Source: a virus. From it: a DNA stretch of 64,000 bases. The stretch is taken from IMG/VR virus record IMGVR_UViG_3300010392_000634, one strand, 5' to 3'. The position numbers were made by a program, and so were the translations under genes. Within the stretch, counting starts at the first letter, position 1; each line of letters opens with the position of its first letter. Below are positions 47,288 through 55,317 of this stretch, one piece after another. The notes under the pieces were generated by a model, which searched no databases, was not told the DNA's origin, and saw only the letters and a list, made by a program, of their open reading frames with translations.

Positions 47288-48031
47288 ATGTGGAAGGTAA
47301 TTCTTTTTCTTTTGCTAATCTCACCATGTATGGCAGACCAAGGCTTAATTGCCAAGAAACCATATGATGATGAAATATATGTCTGCAAGAAAAGAACTCT
47401 CTATATTGCTGTTGACAAAACAGAGCTAACTACGTTAGAATCTAGCTTAACTAAAAGATGGATTGATAGAGTCAATCCGAAAGTTCTAGCAACACTTGAT
47501 TCGGATTTTATTTCTGACAAAATGTTGGAATATGACTTACGTGTTGCGAACATCAAGAGGCATTTTGATGTCAAATTTGTAGACTGGTATGACCAGAATA
47601 TTACCTACTACCCAGCTTATAAAATTGGAAGTGTTTGGCATCCATTGCCTAAAGGTGAGTATGAATCTCATAGGTGGTTGCAATTTTGGGAGTGGTTCAT
47701 TCGTGAGTGGAATCTTCTAGATAATCATGAGCGATGGGATATCAAAAAATGGTCCATAAGAAATGAAGTATACAATCAACGTACAGCAGACAGAAAAAAG
47801 TTTGTTGAAAATTTAGTCTCAAATAGCGATGGTAGATACAGTTACGTTGAATATGGATGCGACGAAGTAGACGAAATTGGTGACTGTGGTTATTATGTCG
47901 TATTCGATAATAATACACAAGAAGGTGTTACCATATTTGATATTGGTTATGTCCCAAAACATATGCCAGCAGAGCCAGTGGAACCAGTAAGTACTGAATG
48001 TCCATTGGACCCAAAATACAAAATAAACTAA
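47288..48031 (+). CDS. secreted hypothetical protein
   Basis: Signal peptide MWKVILFLLLISPCMA; 247 aa; lies inside the tRNA array. Confidence 0.55.
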   Translation: MWKVILFLLLISPCMADQGLIAKKPYDDEIYVCKKRTLYIAVDKTELTTLESSLTKRWIDRVNPKVLATLDSDFISDKMLEYDLRVANIKRHFDVKFVDWYDQNITYYPAYKIGSVWHPLPKGEYESHRWLQFWEWFIREWNLLDNHERWDIKKWSIRNEVYNQRTADRKKFVENLVSNSDGRYSYVEYGCDEVDEIGDCGYYVVFDNNTQEGVTIFDIGYVPKHMPAEPVEPVSTECPLDPKYKIN

Positions 48032-48034
48032 TAT

Positions 48035-48107
48035 GGGGTTATAGCTCAATTGGATAGAGCAACGGTCTTCTACACCGTAGGTCGGGGTTCGAGTCCCTGT
48101 AGCCCTA
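48035..48107 (+). tRNA. tRNA-Arg (anticodon TCT)
   Basis: Acceptor GGGGTTA/TAGCCCT, D-arm GCTC..GAGC, anticodon stem ACGGT/ACCGT with loop CTTCTAC. Confidence 0.8.
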
Positions 48108-48112
48108 CTTAA

Positions 48113-48187
48113 CTCGCTGTAGCTCAATTTGGTAGAGCGGCGGTCTGAAGAGCCGCGTCTGTAATGGTTCGATTCCATTTAGCGGGA
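48113..48187 (+). tRNA. tRNA-Phe (anticodon GAA)
   Basis: Acceptor CTCGCTG/TAGCGGG, anticodon stem GCGGT/GCCGC with loop CTGAAGA, T-arm AATGG-TTCGATT-CCATT. Confidence 0.7.
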
Positions 48188-48214
48188 CTTTTAAAAAAAA
48201 TACGACAGATGGCA

Positions 48215-48243
48215 TTGACAACATGATTCAACTCATGTACAAT
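48215..48243 (+). promoter_or_regulatory. sigma70-type promoter (TTGACA, 17 bp, TACAAT) inside the tRNA array
   Basis: Consensus -35 at 48215-48220 and -10 at 48238-48243 with a 17-bp spacer. Confidence 0.45.
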
Positions 48244-48255
48244 ATGCAAAACAAC

Positions 48256-48325
48256 GTGGAAGTAGCTCAGTTTGGTAGAGCAGGGTTCGCGACCTGTGTC
48301 GGTGGTTCGATTCCACCCTTCCCGG
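48256..48325 (+). tRNA. atypical tRNA-like gene (70 nt, short anticodon arm; anticodon undetermined, possibly CGC)
   Basis: Canonical D-arm TAGCTCAGTTTGGTAGAGC and T-arm GGTGG-TTCGATT-CCACC, but mismatches at 1-72 and 2-71 and only ~19 nt between the D and T arms. Confidence 0.4.
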
Positions 48326-48384
48326 CTTGCAGAAGAACAAAGGGTGTGTTCGTACAATGGGCACATTTTTCTTCTGCTAAACAT

Positions 48385-48458
48385 TGGAGATTGGTGAAGA
48401 GGACTAACACACTCCCCTCATAAGGGAATATTCACGGGTTCGAATCCCGTATCTCCTA
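48385..48458 (+). tRNA. tRNA-Met/fMet/Ile2 (anticodon CAT)
   Basis: Acceptor (T)GGAGAT/ATCTCC(T), anticodon stem CTCCC/GGGAA with loop CTCATAA, T-arm ACGGG-TTCGAAT-CCCGT. Confidence 0.7.
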
Positions 48459-48594
48459 TTAGAATGTTCTCCGCACGAGAACGCGGCATTAAGCGGGAGG
48501 GGATACCCTTGACATACGGAAGACTGCTATAGAAGTCCAAGTATTTTCGGTAATAGAACGACTTACCCTCATGCGGAGAATATTTTATACATAT
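48459..48594 (+). other. structured non-coding spacer with a 9-bp inverted repeat (TTCTCCGCA ... TGCGGAGAA)
   Basis: Repeat arms at 48467-48475 and 48562-48570, about 90 nt apart, between two CAT tRNAs. Confidence 0.25.
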
Positions 48595-48663
48595 CGCAGA
48601 TGGTCCGGTGACCAGCCAAGCCTCATAAGCTAGGATAGACAGGTTCAACCCCTGTATCTGCCA
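48595..48663 (+). tRNA. short tRNA-like gene with CAT anticodon loop (69 nt, minimal D-arm)
   Basis: Acceptor CGCAGAT/ATCTGCC, D hairpin GGTC-CGGT-GACC, loop CTCATAA, T-arm ACAGG-TTCAACC-CCTGT. Confidence 0.4.
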
Positions 48664-48817
48664 TTTTTGTAGGAGTTAACTTAACAGCTACATGCTATAG
48701 CTTAATAGTTATCTTCTGCATTATGTCTAGGAGTTGCGGTAGTTGGTTACTACACTCTCTTATAAGCAAAAGTCCTTAAGAGAAACCAAAAACAACTCTA
48801 TTGGACATAAAATTTTC

Positions 48818-49432
48818 TCAAATTCGAGATATAAAATGCTGTTCTCTATGACAATTAGCACATAGAAGTTGACATTTATCTAACTCGGATTTGATTTTAA
48901 TATGATGCTTCTCCCAAGAAGTGTGTCTGGCTTTTGATATATTAAAGTCTTTTTCAGTTGGGTCAACATGATGAAAGTCTAATGCCCCTTGACATTTATC
49001 GTAACCGCATTTTTCGCATTTGCCGCCCTTGTATTCAATACACTTTTGTTTCATAAGCTGATGTCTTTCTATTGCTTTTTCGGTATTACATGTTTTGCAA
49101 GTAGGATGATATGTGAATTTGATTTTACTCGTTCTTTTATGAAAGAATGATATATCTTTTTCTATATTGCATTTGTTACAAACTTTTGTTTTTAGTTCAG
49201 TATAAACTTTTTTATAAGCACCGATGTCGAAACATTTTTTACAATAAGTTAAATTTGCTGCAATTTTTTCTTGACAAATTTTACATTCTTTTGTAAGATG
49301 TCTTTTAACATGAATTTTGTTATTATATGTTGCAGAACATGAGCGGCTACAAAAGTGATTAGGGCTTTTTTTAATTTCACTTGGTAGTTTTTTAAATTCC
49401 GTGTTACAGTTTAAACAATTGACCTGTGGCAT
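48818..49432 (-). CDS. HNH homing endonuclease
   Basis: The only convincing minus-strand gene; Cys-rich zinc fingers and DFHHVDP ... CANCHREQH HNH motif; sits inside the tRNA array. Confidence 0.65.
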   Translation of the reverse strand: MPQVNCLNCNTEFKKLPSEIKKSPNHFCSRSCSATYNNKIHVKRHLTKECKICQEKIAANLTYCKKCFDIGAYKKVYTELKTKVCNKCNIEKDISFFHKRTSKIKFTYHPTCKTCNTEKAIERHQLMKQKCIEYKGGKCEKCGYDKCQGALDFHHVDPTEKDFNISKARHTSWEKHHIKIKSELDKCQLLCANCHREQHFISRI

Positions 49433-49496
49433 GATATTCCTTCGTGTTTGTTATATTGTTGTTAGTTCGTCTCCCACTATATTATACACCTTTTTC

Positions 49497-49568
49497 GCGT
49501 CTAAAGTGTTATTGGCTGCATTTCTGGCTTCCAACCAGACGGTCAGGGTTCGAGTCCCTGTAGACGCA
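49497..49568 (+). tRNA. tRNA-Gly (anticodon TCC)
   Basis: Acceptor GCGTCTA/TAGACGC, anticodon stem TCTGG/CCAGA with loop CTTCCAA, T-arm CAGGG-TTCGAGT-CCCTG. Confidence 0.65.
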
Positions 49569-49837
49569 CTTTCGGGCTATTTTCGGATTTGCCTAGATAA
49601 CGGAAGAATTAACTTCAAGTAGTGGTTGATGGACAGGCCACTTTAAAAGTCTATCAAAAAGTAACTGCAAAACAGTTCGCAATCGCTGCGTAATAGCAGC
49701 TAATGATGCCTGACTGAGCTATAAATCATGTCAAAACAGGTAGAAGCTGTAAAGCCTGTGGATTTATCTCAGCAACAACATATACTTTGCCGGTGAAGTC
49801 ATCGGATAAACTTGTAAACGTTATTTGAATAAATTAT

Positions 49838-49871
49838 ACTAGAAACGACGGTTCGAATCCGTCATAGTCCA
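49838..49871 (+). other. orphan tRNA 3'-half-like element (T-arm plus acceptor 3' strand)
   Basis: GACGG-TTCGAAT-CCGTC-ATAGTCC-A with no complementary 5' acceptor within 150 nt upstream; lies immediately upstream of the HNH gene at 49886. Confidence 0.3.
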
Positions 49872-49885
49872 ATAGATATTGATAT

Positions 49886-50431
49886 ATGTACACAAAATTA
49901 GTTTGTAACTATTGTGGTAATTACTTCGAAAAGAAAACCAACGAATATAATAGATGCGTCAAAAAAGGACAAAAGAATTATTTTTGTTCTAGGGACCATG
50001 CAAACAAATTTTTACCACGGCCACACTTAAAACCGAGAATGGAAAATATCATTCCCGGCTCATTTAAAGATGAATATTCTGATTTTAAGTGGTATATGAA
50101 GGTTGTAAGAAATCGATGTAATAAAAAACAATACGAAACAGATATTAGTTTAATGTTTTTAAAACATCTTTGGAAAGAACAAGAAGGTAAATGTGCATTA
50201 ACTCAAATACCTATGCAATTAAGAACTCATGATAGTTCAGATAAGTTGGAATTTTATACTGCATCGTTAGACAGGATAGACAACACAAAAAGATATACAA
50301 AAGATAATGTTAGATTTGTCTGTGTTATGACTAACTATGCGAGAAATACTTTTTCTGATAATGATTTTTATGAGTTTATAAAACTAGCATCAAAAGCTAT
50401 TTTAGGAAAAGGAAAAAAGGATGGCAATTAA
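49886..50431 (+). CDS. HNH-family homing endonuclease-like protein
   Basis: N-terminal CNYCG ... FCSRDH zinc finger shared with the other HNH genes; C-terminal SLDRIDNTKRYTKDNVRFVC. Confidence 0.45.
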   Translation: MYTKLVCNYCGNYFEKKTNEYNRCVKKGQKNYFCSRDHANKFLPRPHLKPRMENIIPGSFKDEYSDFKWYMKVVRNRCNKKQYETDISLMFLKHLWKEQEGKCALTQIPMQLRTHDSSDKLEFYTASLDRIDNTKRYTKDNVRFVCVMTNYARNTFSDNDFYEFIKLASKAILGKGKKDGN

Positions 50432-51026
50432 CAAACAACCCACTCTAGGAAAAAAAGCACAAGAAGCCGGTATCAAAGATGCAGTGCATGTTGCTATCGT
50501 TTCGTGTCGTGCTGGTGGACCCCTCTCTCCCGGTGATAGGGTGAAACTCAACGAGTATAGAGAAGCAATCAAGACATATAGTAAAGACTATATCGGAGTT
50601 GCTGACCCTTTCATTAAGGGAGGTATTGACAAAGGAAGTTTCTTCTGGCTTGTAATGAAGCCTAATGAAACTGAAGCAGTTCGGCATGTTTGGGACCACG
50701 AATTGGACTTTTCCGCTCCAGACCGTGAAGTTCAGGAATGCAAATGGATAAAAGAGTACGCAGACGACCTTGGGGTGAGCTATCAGTTCTTGATGGATGC
50801 TGCAAGAAAAGCTGTCAATGGAGAGTCTTCTCCTAAGTACGAAGGAACAAAAACTCAGGAAGAAATCGAAGAAGTATTAGATGACTTCTATGACTTCTGG
50901 TATTACTGGAGCGAAGAAACTGGATACGAGTTTGAAAACTGTGGGTCTGCGTGTTGTCCAGAATACGAACATCCTTCCTCGTTTAGTATATTTGACTATT
51001 CTGAAGCTAAGAGTGAAGAATCTTAG
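50421..51026 (+). CDS. paralog-family protein A3 (DAVHVAIVS ... PGDRV ... GVADPFI ... RHVWDHE)
   Basis: Third paralog; C-terminal GSACCPEYE Cys motif. Confidence 0.55.
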   Translation: MAINKQPTLGKKAQEAGIKDAVHVAIVSCRAGGPLSPGDRVKLNEYREAIKTYSKDYIGVADPFIKGGIDKGSFFWLVMKPNETEAVRHVWDHELDFSAPDREVQECKWIKEYADDLGVSYQFLMDAARKAVNGESSPKYEGTKTQEEIEEVLDDFYDFWYYWSEETGYEFENCGSACCPEYEHPSSFSIFDYSEAKSEES

Positions 51027-51037
51027 ACTTTAGATAA

Positions 51038-51111
51038 CAACCCATAGTGTCAATGGTCTAGCACATTACTCTGATAAGGTAATAGTCGTGGTTCGAGTCC
51101 ACGTGGGTTGA
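51038..51111 (+). tRNA. tRNA-Ile (anticodon GAT)
   Basis: Acceptor CAACCCA/TGGGTTG, D-stem GTGT/GCAC, anticodon stem TTACT/GGTAA with loop CTGATAA. Confidence 0.8.
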
Positions 51112-51115
51112 CTTT

Positions 51116-51186
51116 CGCATCTTAGTTTAAAGCTAGAATACCTACCATGAGGGTAGGAGACGGTGGTTCAATTCCATCAGGTGCGA
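51116..51186 (+). tRNA. atypical tRNA-like gene (71 nt; loop CATGAGG, anticodon possibly TGA with A33)
   Basis: Acceptor CGCATCT/AGGTGCG pairs 7/7; tiny D-arm AGTT-TAA-AGCT; anticodon stem CCTAC/GTAGG; T-arm GGTGG-TTCAATT-CCATC. Confidence 0.5.
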
Positions 51187-51249
51187 CTTTAAGAGATGTT
51201 AGAAAAATAGGTCGTCTATCAACCTTTGTTCTCCGGCATCTCTTTATAA

Positions 51250-51322
51250 TGTGGAGTAGCTCAATTGGCAGAGCACTTGTCTTGTAAACAAGAGGTTGCG
51301 GGTTCGATGCCCGTCTCCACAT
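51250..51322 (+). tRNA. tRNA-Thr (anticodon TGT)
   Basis: Acceptor TGTGGAG/CTCCACA, D-arm GCTC..GAGC, anticodon stem CTTGT/ACAAG with loop CTTGTAA. Confidence 0.8.
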
Positions 51323-51327
51323 CTTAT

Positions 51328-51400
51328 GCCTCTGTAGCTCAATGGTTAGAGCAAGAAACTCTAAACTTCTTGGTTGCAGGTTCGAATCCTGTCGGGGGCA
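51328..51400 (+). tRNA. tRNA with anticodon CTA (putative amber suppressor)
   Basis: Fully canonical 73-nt tRNA: acceptor GCCTCTG/CGGGGGC, D-arm GCTC-AATGGTTA-GAGC, T-arm GCAGG-TTCGAAT-CCTGT. Anticodon stem AGAAA/CTTCT has an A31-C39 mismatch and the loop is CTCTAAA, so positions 34-36 read CTA. Confidence 0.6.
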
Positions 51401-51584
51401 CTGTTTTTATTTTTAACAAAACTATCTTCAAAGGAGAAAAGTAATGTTGTAGGTTGACGAAAAATGGTTAGCACATGGTGAATTAGTTTGGAGTTTCTAT
51501 CAGAAGCTCTTAAAAGGTGACTGGGATAATTTAAGACTCCCAGAGTGGTTTGTAGAGCATCACGAAATACTCGTATCTCTTCAG

Positions 51585-52259
51585 TTGCCTATCAAACAAG
51601 TTAAACAGTATATCATTTATCACGATTGCGGAAAGCATTTGTGTGAAACTGTTGACGAAGGTGGTAAACATTATCCAGACCACGCGAATGTTTCTGCTGA
51701 TTATTGGGCAGAACATAGTGATGACAAACTAGTTGAGAAGTTGATTCGTAATGATATGTTTTTTCATATCTGTAAAGCGAATGACTTAAAAGAAACAACA
51801 CTAACCAAACGTGAATTAGCAACATTATTAGTGACAGCACTTGCTGAGATTCATGCCAATGCAGAAATGTTCGGTGGAATCGAATCACAATCTTTCAAAA
51901 TTAAATACAAGCAGATTGAAAGACGTGGCAAATCCTTCGTAAAAGATAATCTTATCGACAATTACAAGGGTTACACATACTGTTTTGTGAGAACAGATAT
52001 TACTCCCTCTCAACAAGCAGTACAAATGTCACATGCGTGCATTGAAGCACAGAAAAAATTCAGTCCTAGTAGGCATCCATCAATTGTGGCTATCGGGACT
52101 AAAAAGAAAAAAATACAAAAAATTATACAGGAATGTATTGACAACGAGATAGATTTCGCTATATTTAGAGATAACATATTTGATAACGAGGTCACAGCAA
52201 TTGCAACTGAACCTCTTTATGAAAACAGAAAAGTTTTTGACAGGTATACATTACTCTAA
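51585..52259 (+). CDS. two-domain protein: N-terminal HD-like region plus C-terminal peptidyl-tRNA hydrolase PTH2-like domain
   Basis: YHDCGKH (HD-like) in the N-terminus; C-terminal YCFVRTDITPSQQAVQMSHACIEA ... VTAIATEP resembles the PTH2 core; no in-frame ATG upstream, so the start is probably TTG. Confidence 0.5.
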   Translation: MPIKQVKQYIIYHDCGKHLCETVDEGGKHYPDHANVSADYWAEHSDDKLVEKLIRNDMFFHICKANDLKETTLTKRELATLLVTALAEIHANAEMFGGIESQSFKIKYKQIERRGKSFVKDNLIDNYKGYTYCFVRTDITPSQQAVQMSHACIEAQKKFSPSRHPSIVAIGTKKKKIQKIIQECIDNEIDFAIFRDNIFDNEVTAIATEPLYENRKVFDRYTLL

Positions 52260-52277
52260 ATTAAAGGACCAACTATC

Positions 52278-52715
52278 GTGTTAGTCTCGAAGTACAATCC
52301 AAAATTTGATGGTTGTTTACATGTACAACAATACAAACAACTATCTGAACTTTATCTGGAAAATTTTAATGCTCCAGTATTGACATACAACGAGTTTGTC
52401 GATAGAATCAATTCAGACGATGTCACTATTTACACTTTCGAAGTGGGTGACAAAGTAGTGGCAACAGCTTCAGGATATTTATACCCGTCTCTGTTACACG
52501 GTGGACAGCCTAGAATGCAGATTGAAAATGTCTGCACTAGAAAAGAGCATCAAGGTAATGGATATGCATCACATTTAATCGGATTGCTCATAGAGCTGGC
52601 AGAAGAAAAAGGGTGCTATAAAGTATCACTAAGCTGTTCTGACAAAAACTTGGACTTCTATCAGAATAGAGGTTTCAAACAACATGAACACACTATGAGG
52701 ATTGATTTGGTATGA
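52278..52715 (+). CDS. GNAT family N-acetyltransferase
   Basis: Acetyl-CoA-binding motif HQGNGYASHLIG; GTG start. Confidence 0.6.
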   Translation: MLVSKYNPKFDGCLHVQQYKQLSELYLENFNAPVLTYNEFVDRINSDDVTIYTFEVGDKVVATASGYLYPSLLHGGQPRMQIENVCTRKEHQGNGYASHLIGLLIELAEEKGCYKVSLSCSDKNLDFYQNRGFKQHEHTMRIDLV

Positions 52716-52906
52716 CTACTGCTGATACGCATTTAGAGAATGCAAGAGACAAAGTAAAAGAGGCTGTTCGTGACCTATCACAAATTTTAATCGAAGAGTG
52801 TTATGGACATGATGAATATGCTGAAAGTTTCAATTTAAAACTGGAATCAGCATTTACAAAACTGAGAGTAGTTGATAAACTACTAAATAATAAAGATATC
52901 GAATAA
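52712..52906 (+). CDS. hypothetical protein
   Basis: 64-aa ORF. Confidence 0.4.
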   Translation: MTTADTHLENARDKVKEAVRDLSQILIEECYGHDEYAESFNLKLESAFTKLRVVDKLLNNKDIE

Positions 52907-53094
52907 AAACGACAAGGCGAATGATATGACTCGTCACCATATTATGCTTGCCGCAAACCAATCAACTGCTGCTCGCAGAGAGCATAAAGTTGTATTGAGA
53001 ACATATTCCACAACGACGATTACAGTGGTGCAGATTGAGACGTGAGGGTAATTGCCTCTAACTTCCATCTAAATGTTTGCTAGATTTTTATTCA

Positions 53095-53154
53095 TCGCGG
53101 GTAATGCTAAGGGAATCATTGACTAAGCTGGCGGTTTGAATCCGCTCCCGCAAC
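53095..53154 (+). other. 60-nt tRNA-like mini-element (acceptor + D-arm + T-arm, no anticodon arm)
   Basis: TCGCGGG-TA-AATG..CATT-...-GGCGG-TTTGAAT-CCGCT-CCCGCAA; the acceptor strands pair. Confidence 0.3.
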
Positions 53155-53309
53155 CAACAAATAATGTATGACAAGCCGAATGACTATGAATCAACTTGGC
53201 GTAAACCTGTTTTTAGGTCGCTACTAAAGACAGAGAATTGAGTACAGGCTAGTGAATTAGCTACTCACGAACAGGTCTGTAGAAATGTTTACTTGATACA
53301 TTAAAATAT

Positions 53310-53384
53310 GGCGGTGTAGTCCAATTGGCAGGAGACGCATGTCTTAGGAACATGACAGTATGGGTTCGAATCCCATTGCCGCTA
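53310..53384 (+). tRNA. tRNA, anticodon TAG (Leu-type anticodon but short variable loop)
   Basis: Acceptor GGCGGTG/TGCCGCT (with wobbles), anticodon stem CATGT/ACATG with loop CTTAGGA, T-arm ATGGG-TTCGAAT-CCCAT; 3-nt connector between the D and anticodon stems. Confidence 0.55.
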
Positions 53385-53682
53385 CTTTTATGGCCGTGAG
53401 TGAAAAGAGGCTGTTGAAATACATAAGCCGTTCACCTTAATAGTATGATAAATGTGTCAAATAAAACATACTGTATCTTACGCTTTGACTTATTGCGTCG
53501 GTCATATTTAATATAAGAGGTCGAGCCGGTGTGCGACTAAGTCTAGTAGACTGCTAGATTGAATACGTCGGTTCATCCAGAAGTTAACTGGCTTATGTGC
53601 GAACGCGGAGTAGTCACTGCTTAGTAGGCATATGTTTGGGCTTCATCACGGATGCACATCGGCACGCCCTCTTATATAACAT

Positions 53683-53773
53683 TCCCCGGTACGCTAACTG
53701 GTAAGCGGCCAAGCTGTTAACTTGGTGTAGTCCGTCTTTGAACGGTATAGAGGTTCGACTCCTCTCTGGGGAG
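53683..53773 (+). tRNA. class-II (long variable arm) tRNA, anticodon GTT by manual reading
   Basis: Acceptor TCCCCGG/CTGGGGA, D-arm CGC-TAACTGGTAA-GCG, anticodon stem CCAAG/CTTGG with loop CTGTTAA, variable-arm hairpin CCGT..ACGG; Tyr-like architecture with a non-GTA anticodon. Confidence 0.55.
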
Positions 53774-53788
53774 CTTAGGAGAAATACT

Positions 53789-54223
53789 ATGAAGGTTTTG
53801 ATTAGCGGACATAGAAAATCAAAATTAGCCAACTATGACATCAAATGGATATCTAATGAAATAGAACGGCTTATATTTGAGAATCCAGCTATAATTGGAT
53901 TATCAGGGATGGCCGATGGCATAGACCTTTTATACTGCCAACTATTACTTCAATATAGGCGTGGGTATCATTGCTATATCCCCTTTGATGAACAAGACAA
54001 GTATATGTCAGACCATGATAAAACATGGCGTCAAAGTTTAATTGACTCATCTTGGGCTGTCATAAAAGCAAAAAATTCACAAATGGTTTCAGATTGTGAT
54101 TATGGAATCATAGTTTGGGATGGAAATAAAGGTGGTACACACAACGTGTTCCAGCAAATGCTCGAAGCAAAGAAAAACTTTTGGTGGATTGAACCACATA
54201 ATCAAAAAGTAATTTATTTTTAA
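53789..54223 (+). CDS. hypothetical protein, possibly SLOG/YpsA-like Rossmann fold
   Basis: RBS AGGAGAAATACT; LISGHRKSKL ... GLSGMADGIDLL; start moved downstream of the tRNA. Confidence 0.5.
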   Translation: MKVLISGHRKSKLANYDIKWISNEIERLIFENPAIIGLSGMADGIDLLYCQLLLQYRRGYHCYIPFDEQDKYMSDHDKTWRQSLIDSSWAVIKAKNSQMVSDCDYGIIVWDGNKGGTHNVFQQMLEAKKNFWWIEPHNQKVIYF

Positions 54224-54296
54224 GGTATTAAAATGTCTATTAAACGCAAACGCAAACATCGATAAACGCATGGAGTTTATGACTTCATGTTAGCAT

Positions 54297-54368
54297 GGGG
54301 TCATGGTGTAGCGGTTGCATTGCAGACTTTTAATCTGTTAGGCGGGGGTTCGAATCCCTCTGGCCCTA
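54297..54368 (+). tRNA. tRNA-Lys (anticodon TTT)
   Basis: Acceptor GGGGTCA/TGGCCCT, anticodon stem GCAGA/TCTGT with loop CTTTTAA, T-arm GGGGG-TTCGAAT-CCCTC. Confidence 0.75.
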
Positions 54369-54396
54369 TTTTTAAACACATATGAAAAAAAGATAT

Positions 54397-54471
54397 AGGG
54401 GATTAGTTCAATTGGATAGAATATCAGTCTACGAAACTGAAGATGTTGAGGTTCGAGTCCTACATTCCCTA
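54397..54471 (+). tRNA. tRNA-Arg (anticodon ACG)
   Basis: Acceptor AGGGGAT/ATTCCCT, D-stem GTTC/GAAT, anticodon stem TCAGT/ACTGA with loop CTACGAA; weak T-stem. Confidence 0.7.
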
Positions 54472-54479
54472 CTTTATTT

Positions 54480-54902
54480 ATGAAAAAACAATGCTATCAA
54501 TGCAACCAAGAGTTGCCACTATCCTCTTTTAATAAAAACTGCAAGAAAAAAGATGGGTTGCAATCAGAGTGTAGAGATTGTGGCAAGACGTACCGTAAAC
54601 AGCATTATCAAGATAACAAACAGTATTATATAGATAAGGCAGTAAAAAGACGGGACAACAATGTTAAAAAACTTACGCCTTTATTAGTAGAATATCTGGA
54701 ACAGAATCCTTGTGTGGACTGTGGAAACAATGATATACGTGTGCTGCATTTTGACCATTTAGAAAATAAGCAATATCATGTCCCGGAAATGATTAGACTA
54801 GGACATAGTTGGCAAAATATTCTATCTGAGATATCGAAATGCGATGTTAGATGTGCTAACTGTCACGCCATCAAAACATGGCCGAACAGGTTTGATACTT
54901 AG
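54480..54902 (+). CDS. HNH homing endonuclease
   Basis: N-terminal CYQC ... CRDCG zinc finger; HFDHLENK ... CANCH HNH motif. Confidence 0.65.
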   Translation: MKKQCYQCNQELPLSSFNKNCKKKDGLQSECRDCGKTYRKQHYQDNKQYYIDKAVKRRDNNVKKLTPLLVEYLEQNPCVDCGNNDIRVLHFDHLENKQYHVPEMIRLGHSWQNILSEISKCDVRCANCHAIKTWPNRFDT

Positions 54903-54911
54903 GAATAAAAC

Positions 54912-55121
54912 ATGGAAATCACTGGAAAAGAAGTATCGGAATGGCTAATTAGCAATAAAGACAGGCTTGCTTTTATCTTGCCAAAAGTCGATGTTGCTGA
55001 ATTAGGCAAATGTATCTATGCTGTTGAAGATGATGCAATTATTTTTATGCTTCAGGAAATTCAATATCCAGAAGTTAAGCTGGACAACATGTGTCCTGAA
55101 ATAGATAATACGGGGGCGTAG
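54912..55121 (+). CDS. hypothetical protein
   Basis: 69-aa ORF; its 3' end overlaps the start of the next tRNA by ~9 nt. Confidence 0.4.
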   Translation: MEITGKEVSEWLISNKDRLAFILPKVDVAELGKCIYAVEDDAIIFMLQEIQYPEVKLDNMCPEIDNTGA

Positions 55122-55187
55122 CCCAATTAGGCAGAGGCAAGCGACTTAAAATCGCTCCAGTATGGGTTCGAGTCCCATCGTCCCTAC
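55113..55187 (+). tRNA. tRNA, anticodon TAA (Leu-type anticodon but short variable loop)
   Basis: Acceptor GGGGGCG/CGTCCCT, anticodon stem AGCGA/TCGCT (perfect) with loop CTTAAAA, T-arm ATGGG-TTCGAGT-CCCAT. Confidence 0.55.
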
Positions 55188-55235
55188 TCACGTGACAGTT
55201 TTAAAAGAGGTTTCTGTACAAAAAACCAATACATA

Positions 55236-55307
55236 CCAGATTAGTGTAATTGGTAGCACATCGGTTTCCAAGTCCGAAAGTCAGGGTTCGAGTCCTTGGT
55301 CTGGTGC
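55236..55307 (+). tRNA. tRNA-Trp (anticodon CCA)
   Basis: Acceptor ACCAGAT/GTCTGGT, D-arm GTG..CAC, anticodon stem TCGGT/TCCGA with loop TTCCAAG. Confidence 0.7.
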
Positions 55308-55317
55308 TTTTTTAATG

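Noticed and set aside
48124-48648. ORFs overlapping tRNA genes (47819..48178 minus, 48124..48384 minus, 48223..48423, 48418..48648 minus, 51122..51322 minus, 53614..53832 minus, 55162..55374, 57758..57958 minus, 58734..58916, 59468..59746 minus)
   Set aside because: They lie on top of one or more confidently folded tRNAs, and their translations are dominated by tRNA-imposed sequence. They are treated as artefacts of ORF calling in the tRNA array.
52926-53045. 39-aa ORF (MTRHHIMLAANQ ...) and 45-aa ORF at 18659..18796 in otherwise non-coding stretches
   Set aside because: They are very short, have no RBS, and no conservation evidence is available. They cannot be distinguished from chance ORFs in AT-rich DNA.
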